From assembly GCA_045660785.1 (NCBI GenBank), contig JAZREL010000036.1:18897-82896 (forward strand): a stretch of DNA of 64,000 nucleotides. The letters run 5' to 3'. The translations under genes and the position numbers were made by a program. The notes under the pieces were generated by a model. That model saw nothing but the letters and a program-made list of their open reading frames with translations, did not search any database and was not told where the DNA came from. Positions 22,130 to 30,934 of the stretch are shown here, one piece after another (the first letter of the stretch is position 1; each line of letters begins with the position of its first letter). Origin of the DNA: Eubacteriales bacterium (GTDB taxonomy: Bacteria > Bacillota > Clostridia > Oscillospirales > CAG-272).

Positions 22130-24376
22130 TTAAATTTCTATTTTAAGCTGTGGATCCTTGGGCTTTTTCTTGGAAATAAGCACCCCTGTGGCCGGAATTT
22201 TGATTTTTCTGTACATTTCCTTTGCCTCGGGATATTTCTTTTGATAGTCCGTCAGAACCTTCTTAATTTTTTGATTTTTCTTTAGATTCATCGCAAAAAC
22301 AACCGTGCCCTGAGAGGTCCTTGTCGTTTTTATCGGAATCAGTGAGGGTCTTATTAAAATCGCCTTGTTTTCAGAGTTTATAAGCATAATATATTCATCG
22401 CTCGTTTCATAAACGATTTTAACAATATTAGATGCGTCAGAATATGCCTTTTTAAGCTTTTTTCGGGCACCCTGTGTCTGATATTGGCTCATTGGCACTC
22501 TAACCGCCTTGCCGTTTTCAAAGAAGAAAATGACGTTTTGGCTCTCGTCGTAAGACGGATTTATATGCATATATGCAACCTTTTCATCCTCGTCAAAATT
22601 AAGCTTCTTTGGAACGTAAACACCAAGCTCAGACGCCTTAGAAAGCTCGAAATCGGACATTTTGGCGAAGTAGAGCTGTGCCTTGTCAGTAAAGAAGATT
22701 ACCTCGTCCTTGTTGCTGATTTCCGCCTCGTAGATTATTTCGTCATCCTCTTTTATCTTTTGCTCGCTATTGCCGCGAAGTGATTGCTGAGTGATTTTTT
22801 TGAGATAGCCGTCCTTTGTAAAGAAGAGCCATGCCTGATAATCCTCAATCATAATCTCCTTGTTAAATTCCTTAACGCTTTCAGATGCGATAACCTCGGT
22901 TTTTCTTGGCTTGCCGTATTTTTTCTTAACGTCGCCAAGCTGCTTTATCATAAATGATTTCATTTTAAGCTCGTCACCGAGAAGCGCTTTTATGTCTGCA
23001 ATTTCTGTCTGGAGGTTGTCTATATCGGAAAGACGATTCATAATATACTCGCGGTTTAAGTGACGGAGCTTGATGTCAGCGATGTACTCTGCTTGATCCT
23101 TATCAACGAGGAAGCCCGCCATAAGGTTTGGCACAACCTCATCATCCTTTTCCGTTTCGCGTACGATTTTAACCGCCTTGTCAATATCAAGTAAGATTTT
23201 GCCAAGACCGAGAAGCAAGTGAAGCCGTCTTTGCTTCTTTTCAAGGTCAAAGGTGAATTCGCGGCGCAGACAGCTTGTCCTAAACTTAATCCACTCGCTA
23301 AGTATTTCCTTGATGCCGAGCTGCTTAGGTGAGCCGTCAACCAATACGTTGAAGTTGCAGGGGAAGTTGTCCTCAAGTGGGGTAAACTTATAAAGCTTTT
23401 GCATGAGCTGCTCAGGGTCTGTGCCCTTGCGAAGATCAATTGCAAGCTTAAAGCCGTCAAAGTCGATTTCATCACGGAAATCAACGATTTCCTTGAGCTT
23501 TCCTGCCTTGAACATATCCGCCATTTCCTTCATTATCGCTTCGATAGTGGTGGAATACGGAATTTCAACGATTTCTATGCAGTTTGAATCCTTGTCATAT
23601 TTATATTTTGCGCGGAGCTTGATAGGTCCCTTTCCCGTTTCGTAAACCTTTTTCATTTGCTCTCTGTCGTAAACGACGTAGCCACCGCCCGGGAAGTCGG
23701 GTGCTTTTACGATATCGAGAATCTTTTCAATATCGGTCCTCGGTGAGCGAAGCAGAGCAATTGTCGCATCGCATATTTCAATTAGGTTGAACGAGCAAAT
23801 TGATGATGCAAGTCCAACGGCGATGCCAAGGTTTGGTGAAACCAAGATGTTTGGGAACGAGGTTGGAAGCAAGCGTGGCTCCTTCATTGTGCCATCGTAG
23901 TTATCAACCATATCAACCGCGTTTTTATCAATGCCTGTGAAAATTTCTTGACAGAAGGTGTCAAGCTTTGCCTCGGTATATCTCGATGCGGCAAACGCCA
24001 TATCGCGGCTATATTGCTTACCGAAGCCACCCTTTGAGTCAACAAACGGGTGAAGTAGGGACTCATTACCTGTGGTTAAACGAACCATTGTTTCGTAAAT
24101 TGCCATATCGCCGTGAGGATTCAGCTTCATCGTTTCACCAACGATATTCGCACTCTTGGTACGTCTGCCTGTCAACAGTCCCATTTTATACATAGTATAA
24201 AGGAGCTTACGGTGTGATGGCTTAAATCCGTCAATTTCGGGAATTGCACGCGAAACCATAACGCTCACCGCGTATGGCATATAGTTTGTTTCGATGGTTT
24301 CGGTTATCGGTTGAACAACCGGCTCTCTTTCGACGTAAGCTTCCACCTTGGCTTCTGCTTTTTTACTTCTCGCCAT
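22130..24376 (-). CDS. parC: Type IIA topoisomerase subunit A, ParC-like
   Basis: SRAIPEIDGFKP, PHGD, AASRYTEA catalytic Tyr, APDFPGGG; no QxRGGxG GyrA box seen. Confidence 0.8.
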   Translation of the reverse strand: MARSKKAEAKVEAYVEREPVVQPITETIETNYMPYAVSVMVSRAIPEIDGFKPSHRKLLYTMYKMGLLTGRRTKSANIVGETMKLNPHGDMAIYETMVRLTTGNESLLHPFVDSKGGFGKQYSRDMAFAASRYTEAKLDTFCQEIFTGIDKNAVDMVDNYDGTMKEPRLLPTSFPNILVSPNLGIAVGLASSICSFNLIEICDATIALLRSPRTDIEKILDIVKAPDFPGGGYVVYDREQMKKVYETGKGPIKLRAKYKYDKDSNCIEIVEIPYSTTIEAIMKEMADMFKAGKLKEIVDFRDEIDFDGFKLAIDLRKGTDPEQLMQKLYKFTPLEDNFPCNFNVLVDGSPKQLGIKEILSEWIKFRTSCLRREFTFDLEKKQRRLHLLLGLGKILLDIDKAVKIVRETEKDDEVVPNLMAGFLVDKDQAEYIADIKLRHLNREYIMNRLSDIDNLQTEIADIKALLGDELKMKSFMIKQLGDVKKKYGKPRKTEVIASESVKEFNKEIMIEDYQAWLFFTKDGYLKKITQQSLRGNSEQKIKEDDEIIYEAEISNKDEVIFFTDKAQLYFAKMSDFELSKASELGVYVPKKLNFDEDEKVAYMHINPSYDESQNVIFFFENGKAVRVPMSQYQTQGARKKLKKAYSDASNIVKIVYETSDEYIMLINSENKAILIRPSLIPIKTTRTSQGTVVFAMNLKKNQKIKKVLTDYQKKYPEAKEMYRKIKIPATGVLISKKKPKDPQLKIEI

Positions 24377-25403
24377 TTTTACCTCCTATTATTCTATGCG
24401 CGCAAGCGCGTATCATTCTGTTGTATATCGCTAAGGATTCGCCGTCGTCGCCCGGTAGGTGGGCGTAAACGGTGTCAGCGCCTAAATCATCCGCTTGTCT
24501 AAGCAGGTCAAAAAGACGCTTTGTCTGTTCCTTAACGTCTTGCTTTTTGCCAACGGGCAAAAGCTTTTCACAATTAAGATAAGGAATTTCCTCATCGTAA
24601 CACATAATTGCCGTGTTTTCGCACCTTTGCTTTTCCCTTGCAAATTCTATAAAGTCGATATAGCTATCGTCAATTAGATATAAGGATGCCGTAGGAGCGT
24701 AGTGCTTATATTTCATACCCGGGGAAAGCGCGACCTCGCCCGCCTTTAATTCATTTTTAACCGCACTTGCGATTTCAACGTCACAAACAGTCGAGAGCAT
24801 TTCGGGAGTAACCGAGCCGGGACGAAGAATTGTGATTTTGTCATCACTTAACGAGATAACGGTTGATTCAACACCGAATTTTGATGAGCCACCGTCCAAA
24901 ATCATTGGAATTTTGCCGTTTAGGTCATTATAAACGTGTTGTGCTGACGTTGGGGACGGCTTGCCCGATGCATTTGCACTTGGTGCGGCAATTGGCACAC
25001 CTGCCGATACAATAAGCGCTCTTGCAATTTCATTTTCAGGGCACCTTATAGCAACCGTATCAAGTCCACCTGTTGCCTCGGGCGGAATTATTTCCTTTTT
25101 AGGTAAAATTACCGTCAATGGGCCAGGCATAAACCTTTTTGCAAGCTCGTAGTAAAGAGGGCACGTATATGCAATACCCTCTGCCTCGCTTGGCTCACTT
25201 ATATGTACTATAAGTGGGTTGTCGCTCGGTCTGCCCTTTGCGACGAAAACGCTTTTGCACGCTTCAGCGTCGTAGGCGTTTGCACCAAGACCGTAAACAG
25301 TTTCGGTTGGGAAAGCAACGAGGTTTCCTGATTTTATAAGCTTGCCTGCTTCATTTAAAATATCAACTGACTTGACTGTAACCTTATAAAGCTTGGTTTC
25401 CAT
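24363..25403 (-). CDS. sua5: Threonylcarbamoyl-AMP synthase (Sua5)
   Basis: VAFPTETVYGLGA, KGRPSDNPLIVH, APSAN, PGMKYKHYAP. Confidence 0.95.
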   Translation of the reverse strand: METKLYKVTVKSVDILNEAGKLIKSGNLVAFPTETVYGLGANAYDAEACKSVFVAKGRPSDNPLIVHISEPSEAEGIAYTCPLYYELAKRFMPGPLTVILPKKEIIPPEATGGLDTVAIRCPENEIARALIVSAGVPIAAPSANASGKPSPTSAQHVYNDLNGKIPMILDGGSSKFGVESTVISLSDDKITILRPGSVTPEMLSTVCDVEIASAVKNELKAGEVALSPGMKYKHYAPTASLYLIDDSYIDFIEFAREKQRCENTAIMCYDEEIPYLNCEKLLPVGKKQDVKEQTKRLFDLLRQADDLGADTVYAHLPGDDGESLAIYNRMIRACAHRIIGGKNGEK

Positions 25404-25425
25404 TCGCTCTCCTTTCCCTTTACAT

Positions 25426-25534
25426 CACGGCACCGCCGTGTATATCATCAGGGCTTTGCCCTGTATATCACCAATCCGCAGGATTGTATATCATCACGCA
25501 AAGCGTGTATATCATCAACGCATCGCGTTGTATC
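25426..25534. repeat. Hairpin/TATATCAT-linker array B (prfA-sua5 intergenic)
   Basis: Five perfect triloop hairpins at 25426-40, 25449-63, 25472-86, 25495-507 and 25516-30, separated by TATATCA(T/C). Confidence 0.92.
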
Positions 25535-26605
25535 TTACGCTTGTGTTTCGCCCTTTAATTTTTCAGCGGCATCTGCCGTTGCGAGCTTATCAAGCATATC
25601 GCCGATATCGCCGTTTAAGAACGCTTCAAGTGAATATATGGTATAGCCGATACGGTGGTCGGTAACTCTGCCCTGCGGGTAGTTATAGGTTCTGATTCTT
25701 TCGCTACGGTCACCTGTACCAACCTGGCTCTTACGCTCTGATGCGATTTTATCGTTTTGCTCCTGCTGCTTTATATCGTAAAGCTTAGCGCGCAAAATCT
25801 TAAATGCCTTGTCCTTGTTCTTAAATTGGCTTCTTTCGTCCTGACATTCAACAACAATTCCCGTTGGCTTGTGAATAAGACGAATCGCACTTTCAGTTTT
25901 GTTTACGTGCTGTCCGCCTGCGCCGCTTGATTTGCAGGTTTCAACTGTAACGTCACCCATATTGAGCTCAACCTCGACGTCCTCCGCCTCGGGAAGCACG
26001 GCAACTGTTGCGGTTGAGGTATGAATTCTGCCCTGCGTTTCGGTTTCTGGAACCCTTTGAACGCGGTGAACGCCGCTTTCAAACTTAAAGCGCGAATATG
26101 CGCCCTCTCCCGAAATTAAGAAGGTAACCTCCTTAAAGCCGCCAAGGCCTGTTTCATTAACACCGGTCAGCTCTGTTTTGAAGCCGTTTGAGTCTGCATA
26201 CATTGAATACATACGGTAAAGCACGGAGGCAAAAAGTGCCGCCTCCTCACCGCCGGCTCCGGCTCTGATTTCAACGACAACGTTTTTGTCGTCGTTAGGG
26301 TCCTTTGGAATAAGAAGGAATTTTAATTCCTCCTCAATAACGGCAATTCTTTCCTTGCATTCCTTATATTCAATTACTGCAAGGTCGTACATTTCTCCGC
26401 TTTCCTCGTCCATCATAAGCTTTGCGCCCTCGAGGTCATCCTGAGTTTTTTTGTATTCACGGTATTTTTCAATTATTGGTGTGAGGGATTTATATTCCTT
26501 CATCGCCTTTGTAAATTCCGCTTGGTTAGAAGCGGTTTCGGGGTTGGCAAGCGCTTCCTCAATTTCAAGGTAGCGCTTTTCCGCCTCGTTTAATCTATTA
26601 AGCAT
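25535..26605 (-). CDS. prfA: Peptide chain release factor 1
   Basis: PET tripeptide (VPETE), GAGGQHVN, ERIRTYNYPQ. Confidence 0.97.
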   Translation of the reverse strand: MLNRLNEAEKRYLEIEEALANPETASNQAEFTKAMKEYKSLTPIIEKYREYKKTQDDLEGAKLMMDEESGEMYDLAVIEYKECKERIAVIEEELKFLLIPKDPNDDKNVVVEIRAGAGGEEAALFASVLYRMYSMYADSNGFKTELTGVNETGLGGFKEVTFLISGEGAYSRFKFESGVHRVQRVPETETQGRIHTSTATVAVLPEAEDVEVELNMGDVTVETCKSSGAGGQHVNKTESAIRLIHKPTGIVVECQDERSQFKNKDKAFKILRAKLYDIKQQEQNDKIASERKSQVGTGDRSERIRTYNYPQGRVTDHRIGYTIYSLEAFLNGDIGDMLDKLATADAAEKLKGETQA

Positions 26606-26608
26606 AAA

Positions 26609-27571
26609 TTATTTTTTCTCCACTATGTGAATTGCAAAGCCGCAAATTTCGTCCTTGAGGTAAATAACCTTAAGGTTACCCTTTTGGTCGTACTTTGCTG
26701 TGTCCTCGTTGAACTCAACACCGAGCTTTTCAAGGTAAGCACGTGCGCGAGAAGCAAAGTTTGTTGCGATTGCAATATGGCCGTTTTTGCCAAGGTATGG
26801 CTCGTGCATAAGCTCAAACTCTGTGCCGAGGAACGTTGAGGAGTTGCCCTCCTTGTATTCAAGGCCGAAGAGTGTGCAAAGGATACGCGCGCTCTTTTCT
26901 GCCTCCGCCTTGTTTTCGCAGTTGATGCCAACGTGCGCGAGCTTGAAGCCGAGCATTTTCATAACCGCGTTCTTTGTTAAGCGAGTGATTTCCTCGAAGT
27001 TGCCGCTATCGATAAGTGAATCCTTAACCATAAAGCTGCCGCCACAAGCAATGATTTTACCGAATGCGAGGTATTCAAGCATATTTTCCTCGTTGATACC
27101 GCCTGTTGGCATAAATTCAACGCCGCCGTAGGGTGCTGACATTGACTTAATCATATTAAGACCGCCTGCTGCCTCTGCAGGGAAGAATTTAACTGCCTTC
27201 AAGCCAAGCTCCATAGCCGCTTCAACCTCAGATGGGGTAGCGCAGCCGGGAAGCACGGGGATGCCCTTTTCAAGGCAGTGCTTAACTACTCTTGGGTTGA
27301 AGCCAGGGCTAACGATAAACTTTGAGCCCGCTTCAATTGCCTTGTCTGCCTGCTCAGGTGTTAAAACTGTGCCGGCGCCAACGAGCATATCGGGCATTTC
27401 GTCCGTAATTGCCTTAATGGCATCTGCCGCGCACTCTGTACGGAAGGTAATTTCCGCGCAGTTAAGTCCGCCTGCCGCAAGTGCTTTAGCAAGTGGAATA
27501 GCGTTTTCAACCTTTGTGATTTTTATAACGGGAACAAGCCCGAAGTCACGTAATTCCTTAATGATATCCAT
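26609..27571 (-). CDS. eda: KDPG/KHG aldolase with C-terminal VOC-like domain
   Basis: AEITFRT, VGAGTVL, FIVSPG, VKFFPA, FMPTGG; extra ~110 aa with HVGIN, GHIAI and FAIHI. Confidence 0.88.
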   Translation of the reverse strand: MDIIKELRDFGLVPVIKITKVENAIPLAKALAAGGLNCAEITFRTECAADAIKAITDEMPDMLVGAGTVLTPEQADKAIEAGSKFIVSPGFNPRVVKHCLEKGIPVLPGCATPSEVEAAMELGLKAVKFFPAEAAGGLNMIKSMSAPYGGVEFMPTGGINEENMLEYLAFGKIIACGGSFMVKDSLIDSGNFEEITRLTKNAVMKMLGFKLAHVGINCENKAEAEKSARILCTLFGLEYKEGNSSTFLGTEFELMHEPYLGKNGHIAIATNFASRARAYLEKLGVEFNEDTAKYDQKGNLKVIYLKDEICGFAIHIVEKK

Positions 27572-27593
27572 AACGTCCTCTTTTAGTCAAAAA

Positions 27594-29009
27594 TTATTTG
27601 CAGAATGCGCTGAGCGCCTTGTGTGTTTCGTAAAGGTCGTTCTTTGAAATAACCTCCATTGGCGCGTGCATTGAAAGCACAGGAACACCGAGGTCAACAG
27701 TGCAGATATTGTGGTTTGCAATATACATAGCAACTGTTCCGCCGCCGCCAACGTCAATCTTACCAAGCTCTGCTGTTTGCCAAATAATGCCTGCATCGTG
27801 GAAAATCTTTCTGATCTTACCAACGTACTCTGCGCTTGCATCGTTTGTTGAGCCCTTTCCGCCGCCGCCTGTGTACTTGTTCATAACAACGCCACAGTTA
27901 ACAATTGCGCTGTTTCTCTTTTCGTAAACCTCAGGATACATTGGGTCGTAGCCCGCGCTAACGTCAGCAGAAAGACACATTGAGTTCGCTCTAACTACGT
28001 TTGGATTTCCGCCGAGGTTTCTTGCAATCTCGTCGATGAGGTCAACGATAAGACGGCATCTCATACCGCTAACGCCCTCTGAGCCGATTTCCTCTTTATC
28101 TGCAAGCACGCACATAAGTGTATGCTCACTGTCCTTATTTTCGATAATAGCTGTGAGTGATGGGTATGCGCAAACGCGGTCGTCGTGGCCGTATGCGCCG
28201 ATCATTGAACGGTCAAGACCGAGGTCTCTTGCCTTACCTGCAGGAACTGCTGTAAGCTCTGCACTAACGAAATCGTTTTCTGTAATGCCGTACTTCTCGT
28301 TGAGAATCTTGAGCATATTAAATTTAACCTTTTCGTCGATTTCGCCGTCGATTGGCTGTGAGCCGATTAAGAGATTAAGTCCCTCACCTGTGATAGCGGT
28401 GCCAAGAGGTCTTTGTGATTGCTCTCTTGCCAAGTGTGGGAGAAGGTCGGTAATACAGAAGATTGGATCTCCCTCGTCCTCACCGATAGTGATTTCAACG
28501 TTTTCACCGTCAAGAGTTGTAACTACGCCGTGAAGTGCAAGTGGAATTGTAACCCATTGATATTTTCTGATACCGCCGTAGTAGTGTGTCTTCAAGTAAG
28601 CAAAGCCCTCGTTTTCAAAAAGTGGGTGTTGCTTAAGGTCAAGGCGTGGTGAGTCAACGTGAGCGGCACAAATTCTGATACCGTTTTCGATATCTTCAGT
28701 ACCTGCAACGAATGCAAAGAGGGACTTGTCGCGGTTGTTGTAGTAGTACTTGCCGCCCTTTACAATTTCGCCGCCGAGTGTGTATGAAACGAAGCCGTTT
28801 GCTTCGAGCATCTTAATGCCCTCTGTAACTGCCTCGCGCTCTGTCTTTGCGTTATCAAGGAAGCTCATATAGCCCTGTGCATACTTTTCAGTTGCCTTAG
28901 CGTCCTTCTTTGTTTGGTTTTCAAAAACGTTTTCCTTCTTATAGAAGAGCTTCTTCTTTAATTCCTTGAGCTCCTCGTTCTTGTCAATCTTTTTTTCGTT
29001 CTTTTTCAT
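27594..29009 (-). CDS. M18 family aminopeptidase
   Basis: AHVDSPRLDLK, GHDDRVC, KEEIGS, LSADV, LSMHAP. Confidence 0.9.
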   Translation of the reverse strand: MKKNEKKIDKNEELKELKKKLFYKKENVFENQTKKDAKATEKYAQGYMSFLDNAKTEREAVTEGIKMLEANGFVSYTLGGEIVKGGKYYYNNRDKSLFAFVAGTEDIENGIRICAAHVDSPRLDLKQHPLFENEGFAYLKTHYYGGIRKYQWVTIPLALHGVVTTLDGENVEITIGEDEGDPIFCITDLLPHLAREQSQRPLGTAITGEGLNLLIGSQPIDGEIDEKVKFNMLKILNEKYGITENDFVSAELTAVPAGKARDLGLDRSMIGAYGHDDRVCAYPSLTAIIENKDSEHTLMCVLADKEEIGSEGVSGMRCRLIVDLIDEIARNLGGNPNVVRANSMCLSADVSAGYDPMYPEVYEKRNSAIVNCGVVMNKYTGGGGKGSTNDASAEYVGKIRKIFHDAGIIWQTAELGKIDVGGGGTVAMYIANHNICTVDLGVPVLSMHAPMEVISKNDLYETHKALSAFCK

Positions 29010-29020
29010 AATATTGCTCC

Positions 29021-29620
29021 TTAAATTAGATTTTCGTTTTTTAAAATGTTTATAATTTGCAAGGACAAGTCCTTACCTGAATTATCAATTTGGTAGGTCG
29101 ATAGCGCAACAAGCTCACTATCGCTCTTTTGAGATGCAAGACGCGCAAGCGCCTGCTCCCTTGTAATTTGGTCGCGAGTTAGAATGCGCTCGATTTTTTT
29201 CTCGGTCGGTGCTGTTACACAAACCGTAAAATCGCACATTTTATCAAAGCCGCTTTCAAATAGCACGGGCGCGTCAATTATTGCCGCGCGCGCACCGTCC
29301 CGCTCGTATTTATCAAGCAGAGCAAGCGTATCCTTTTTTATGTGCTTGTGCGCAATCTCGTTTAATTTATTTAGTTTTTCTCTGTCGCTAAAAACTATTT
29401 TGGCAAGTGTTGGACGGTGAAGCTCACCACTATCGGTTAGTATAGCCGTGCCGAATTCGTTTATTAGCTCGTTTAGGCAATCGCTGCCCTTTTTCGTGGT
29501 TGTTTCTCTATACACGCGGTCGGTATCTATTGCTGGGATGAGGTGCTTTTCAAAAAGCATTGATATATAGCCCTTACCCGAGCCGCTTGAGCCGCAAAGA
29601 CCTATAATTTTCATTTTCAT
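29021..29620 (-). CDS. coaE: Dephospho-CoA kinase
   Basis: IIGLCGSSGSGK, LAKIVF, IDAPVLFE; exact start uncertain (29614-29632). Confidence 0.9.
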   Translation of the reverse strand: MKMKIIGLCGSSGSGKGYISMLFEKHLIPAIDTDRVYRETTTKKGSDCLNELINEFGTAILTDSGELHRPTLAKIVFSDREKLNKLNEIAHKHIKKDTLALLDKYERDGARAAIIDAPVLFESGFDKMCDFTVCVTAPTEKKIERILTRDQITREQALARLASQKSDSELVALSTYQIDNSGKDLSLQIINILKNENLI

Positions 29621-30732
29621 ACAGCCACCCACGCGCGACTTTCGTCCGATTTGTATGCAGCTTCCAAAACGCCTTGCACGTATGCGCCGTCATCAAGCGA
29701 CGGTACAAACTGCTTGCCATTTTCAAGGGAGCTTAAAAACTCAAAATAGCTGCCGACGTGACCGCGAAGCCAACCGATTGGTGCTTTTATACCTGGGAAA
29801 ATTCCACCCGGGCTTGGGTATCTGTTCACACATTCGATTTTTGTGTAGCCACGTGTGCCGTATGCACCCTCTGACGGTGTGGCGTCGTAAAATTCAAGGA
29901 AGTTAGGTTGCATTAAATCAAAGGCAACCGAGCCGCGCTCCCCGTGAATTTCAAAGCGAAGGTCATCGTTTGCGCCCGTTGTGATTTTGGAAACCTCAAT
30001 TGTACCGTGTGCGCCGTTTTTGAGTGTTGCAAGCATATAAAATGCTTCGTCGGCGTTTGTATTCCATGCGCGCCCGTCAACGCCGGTGCGTACGGGATAC
30101 GCAATTTGGCCCTTGCCAAGCACAGAATCAAATTCTCCGCATAGGTAGTAGATTAAATCAACCGCATGTGAGCCGAGGTCAAAAAGCACGCCTCCGCCGC
30201 AAACGTCCTTATCTTGCTTCCAGCCCGCATTCTTTACGGTATCAAGTGCGCTTGAATGAAGATATTTTATGCTAAACGAAAGTATTCTGCCAATCTTGCC
30301 CTCGTCAATGAGCGATTTTGCTTTCAAAATAGGCGAAAGGAAGCGGTTATTGAAAACTATGCCGCAAATAACGTTTTTTTCCTTGGCAAGTCGCGCAAGC
30401 TCACACGCCTCGTCATAGGAAACGGCAAGCGGCTTTTCACAGTAAACGTGCTTCGATGCCAATATTGCTTTTTTTGCGGTTTCGTAGTGGTAAATATTAG
30501 GTGTGCAAATATCGACAACATCTATTTGGTCATTATAAATTATATCGTTTTCGTTGTCGGTGTAAAAAGGAATATTATACTGCTCGCTTGCAGCTTTCGC
30601 GGTTTCGATTTTCGAGGTGCAAACGTGAGTAACCTCAAAGAAATGCTTACCGCTGAAAAAGAAGGGGGCGTTTCTTACGGAATAAAGATGCGTTTTGCCC
30701 ATTGAGCCAAAGCCGAGAATACCGATTTTCAT
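29617..30732 (-). CDS. Gfo/Idh/MocA family oxidoreductase
   Basis: GILGFGSMG, KHVYCEKPLA, GGGVLFDLGSH. Confidence 0.9.
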   Translation of the reverse strand: MKIGILGFGSMGKTHLYSVRNAPFFFSGKHFFEVTHVCTSKIETAKAASEQYNIPFYTDNENDIIYNDQIDVVDICTPNIYHYETAKKAILASKHVYCEKPLAVSYDEACELARLAKEKNVICGIVFNNRFLSPILKAKSLIDEGKIGRILSFSIKYLHSSALDTVKNAGWKQDKDVCGGGVLFDLGSHAVDLIYYLCGEFDSVLGKGQIAYPVRTGVDGRAWNTNADEAFYMLATLKNGAHGTIEVSKITTGANDDLRFEIHGERGSVAFDLMQPNFLEFYDATPSEGAYGTRGYTKIECVNRYPSPGGIFPGIKAPIGWLRGHVGSYFEFLSSLENGKQFVPSLDDGAYVQGVLEAAYKSDESRAWVAV

Positions 30733-30934
30733 AAGAAATCCTCCTTTTCACAACATATAGTGACAAAAAGCACTATATATACATTTTTACACCTTATTAT
30801 ATCACTAAACTTTTACAATTTCAATATATAAAATATAAATAATATTATTTAATGTAGAGTTTTTCCTAAAAAATGCAATCAAGCGAGCCACAAAAACAAA
30901 AAATCCCCCTTGAAACGGGAGATTTTTTGTTTTA

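Noticed and set aside
25426-25534. CRISPR array
   Set aside because: The constant part is only about 12 nt, the variable parts are 13-15 nt self-complementary hairpins, and there is no leader or cas gene.
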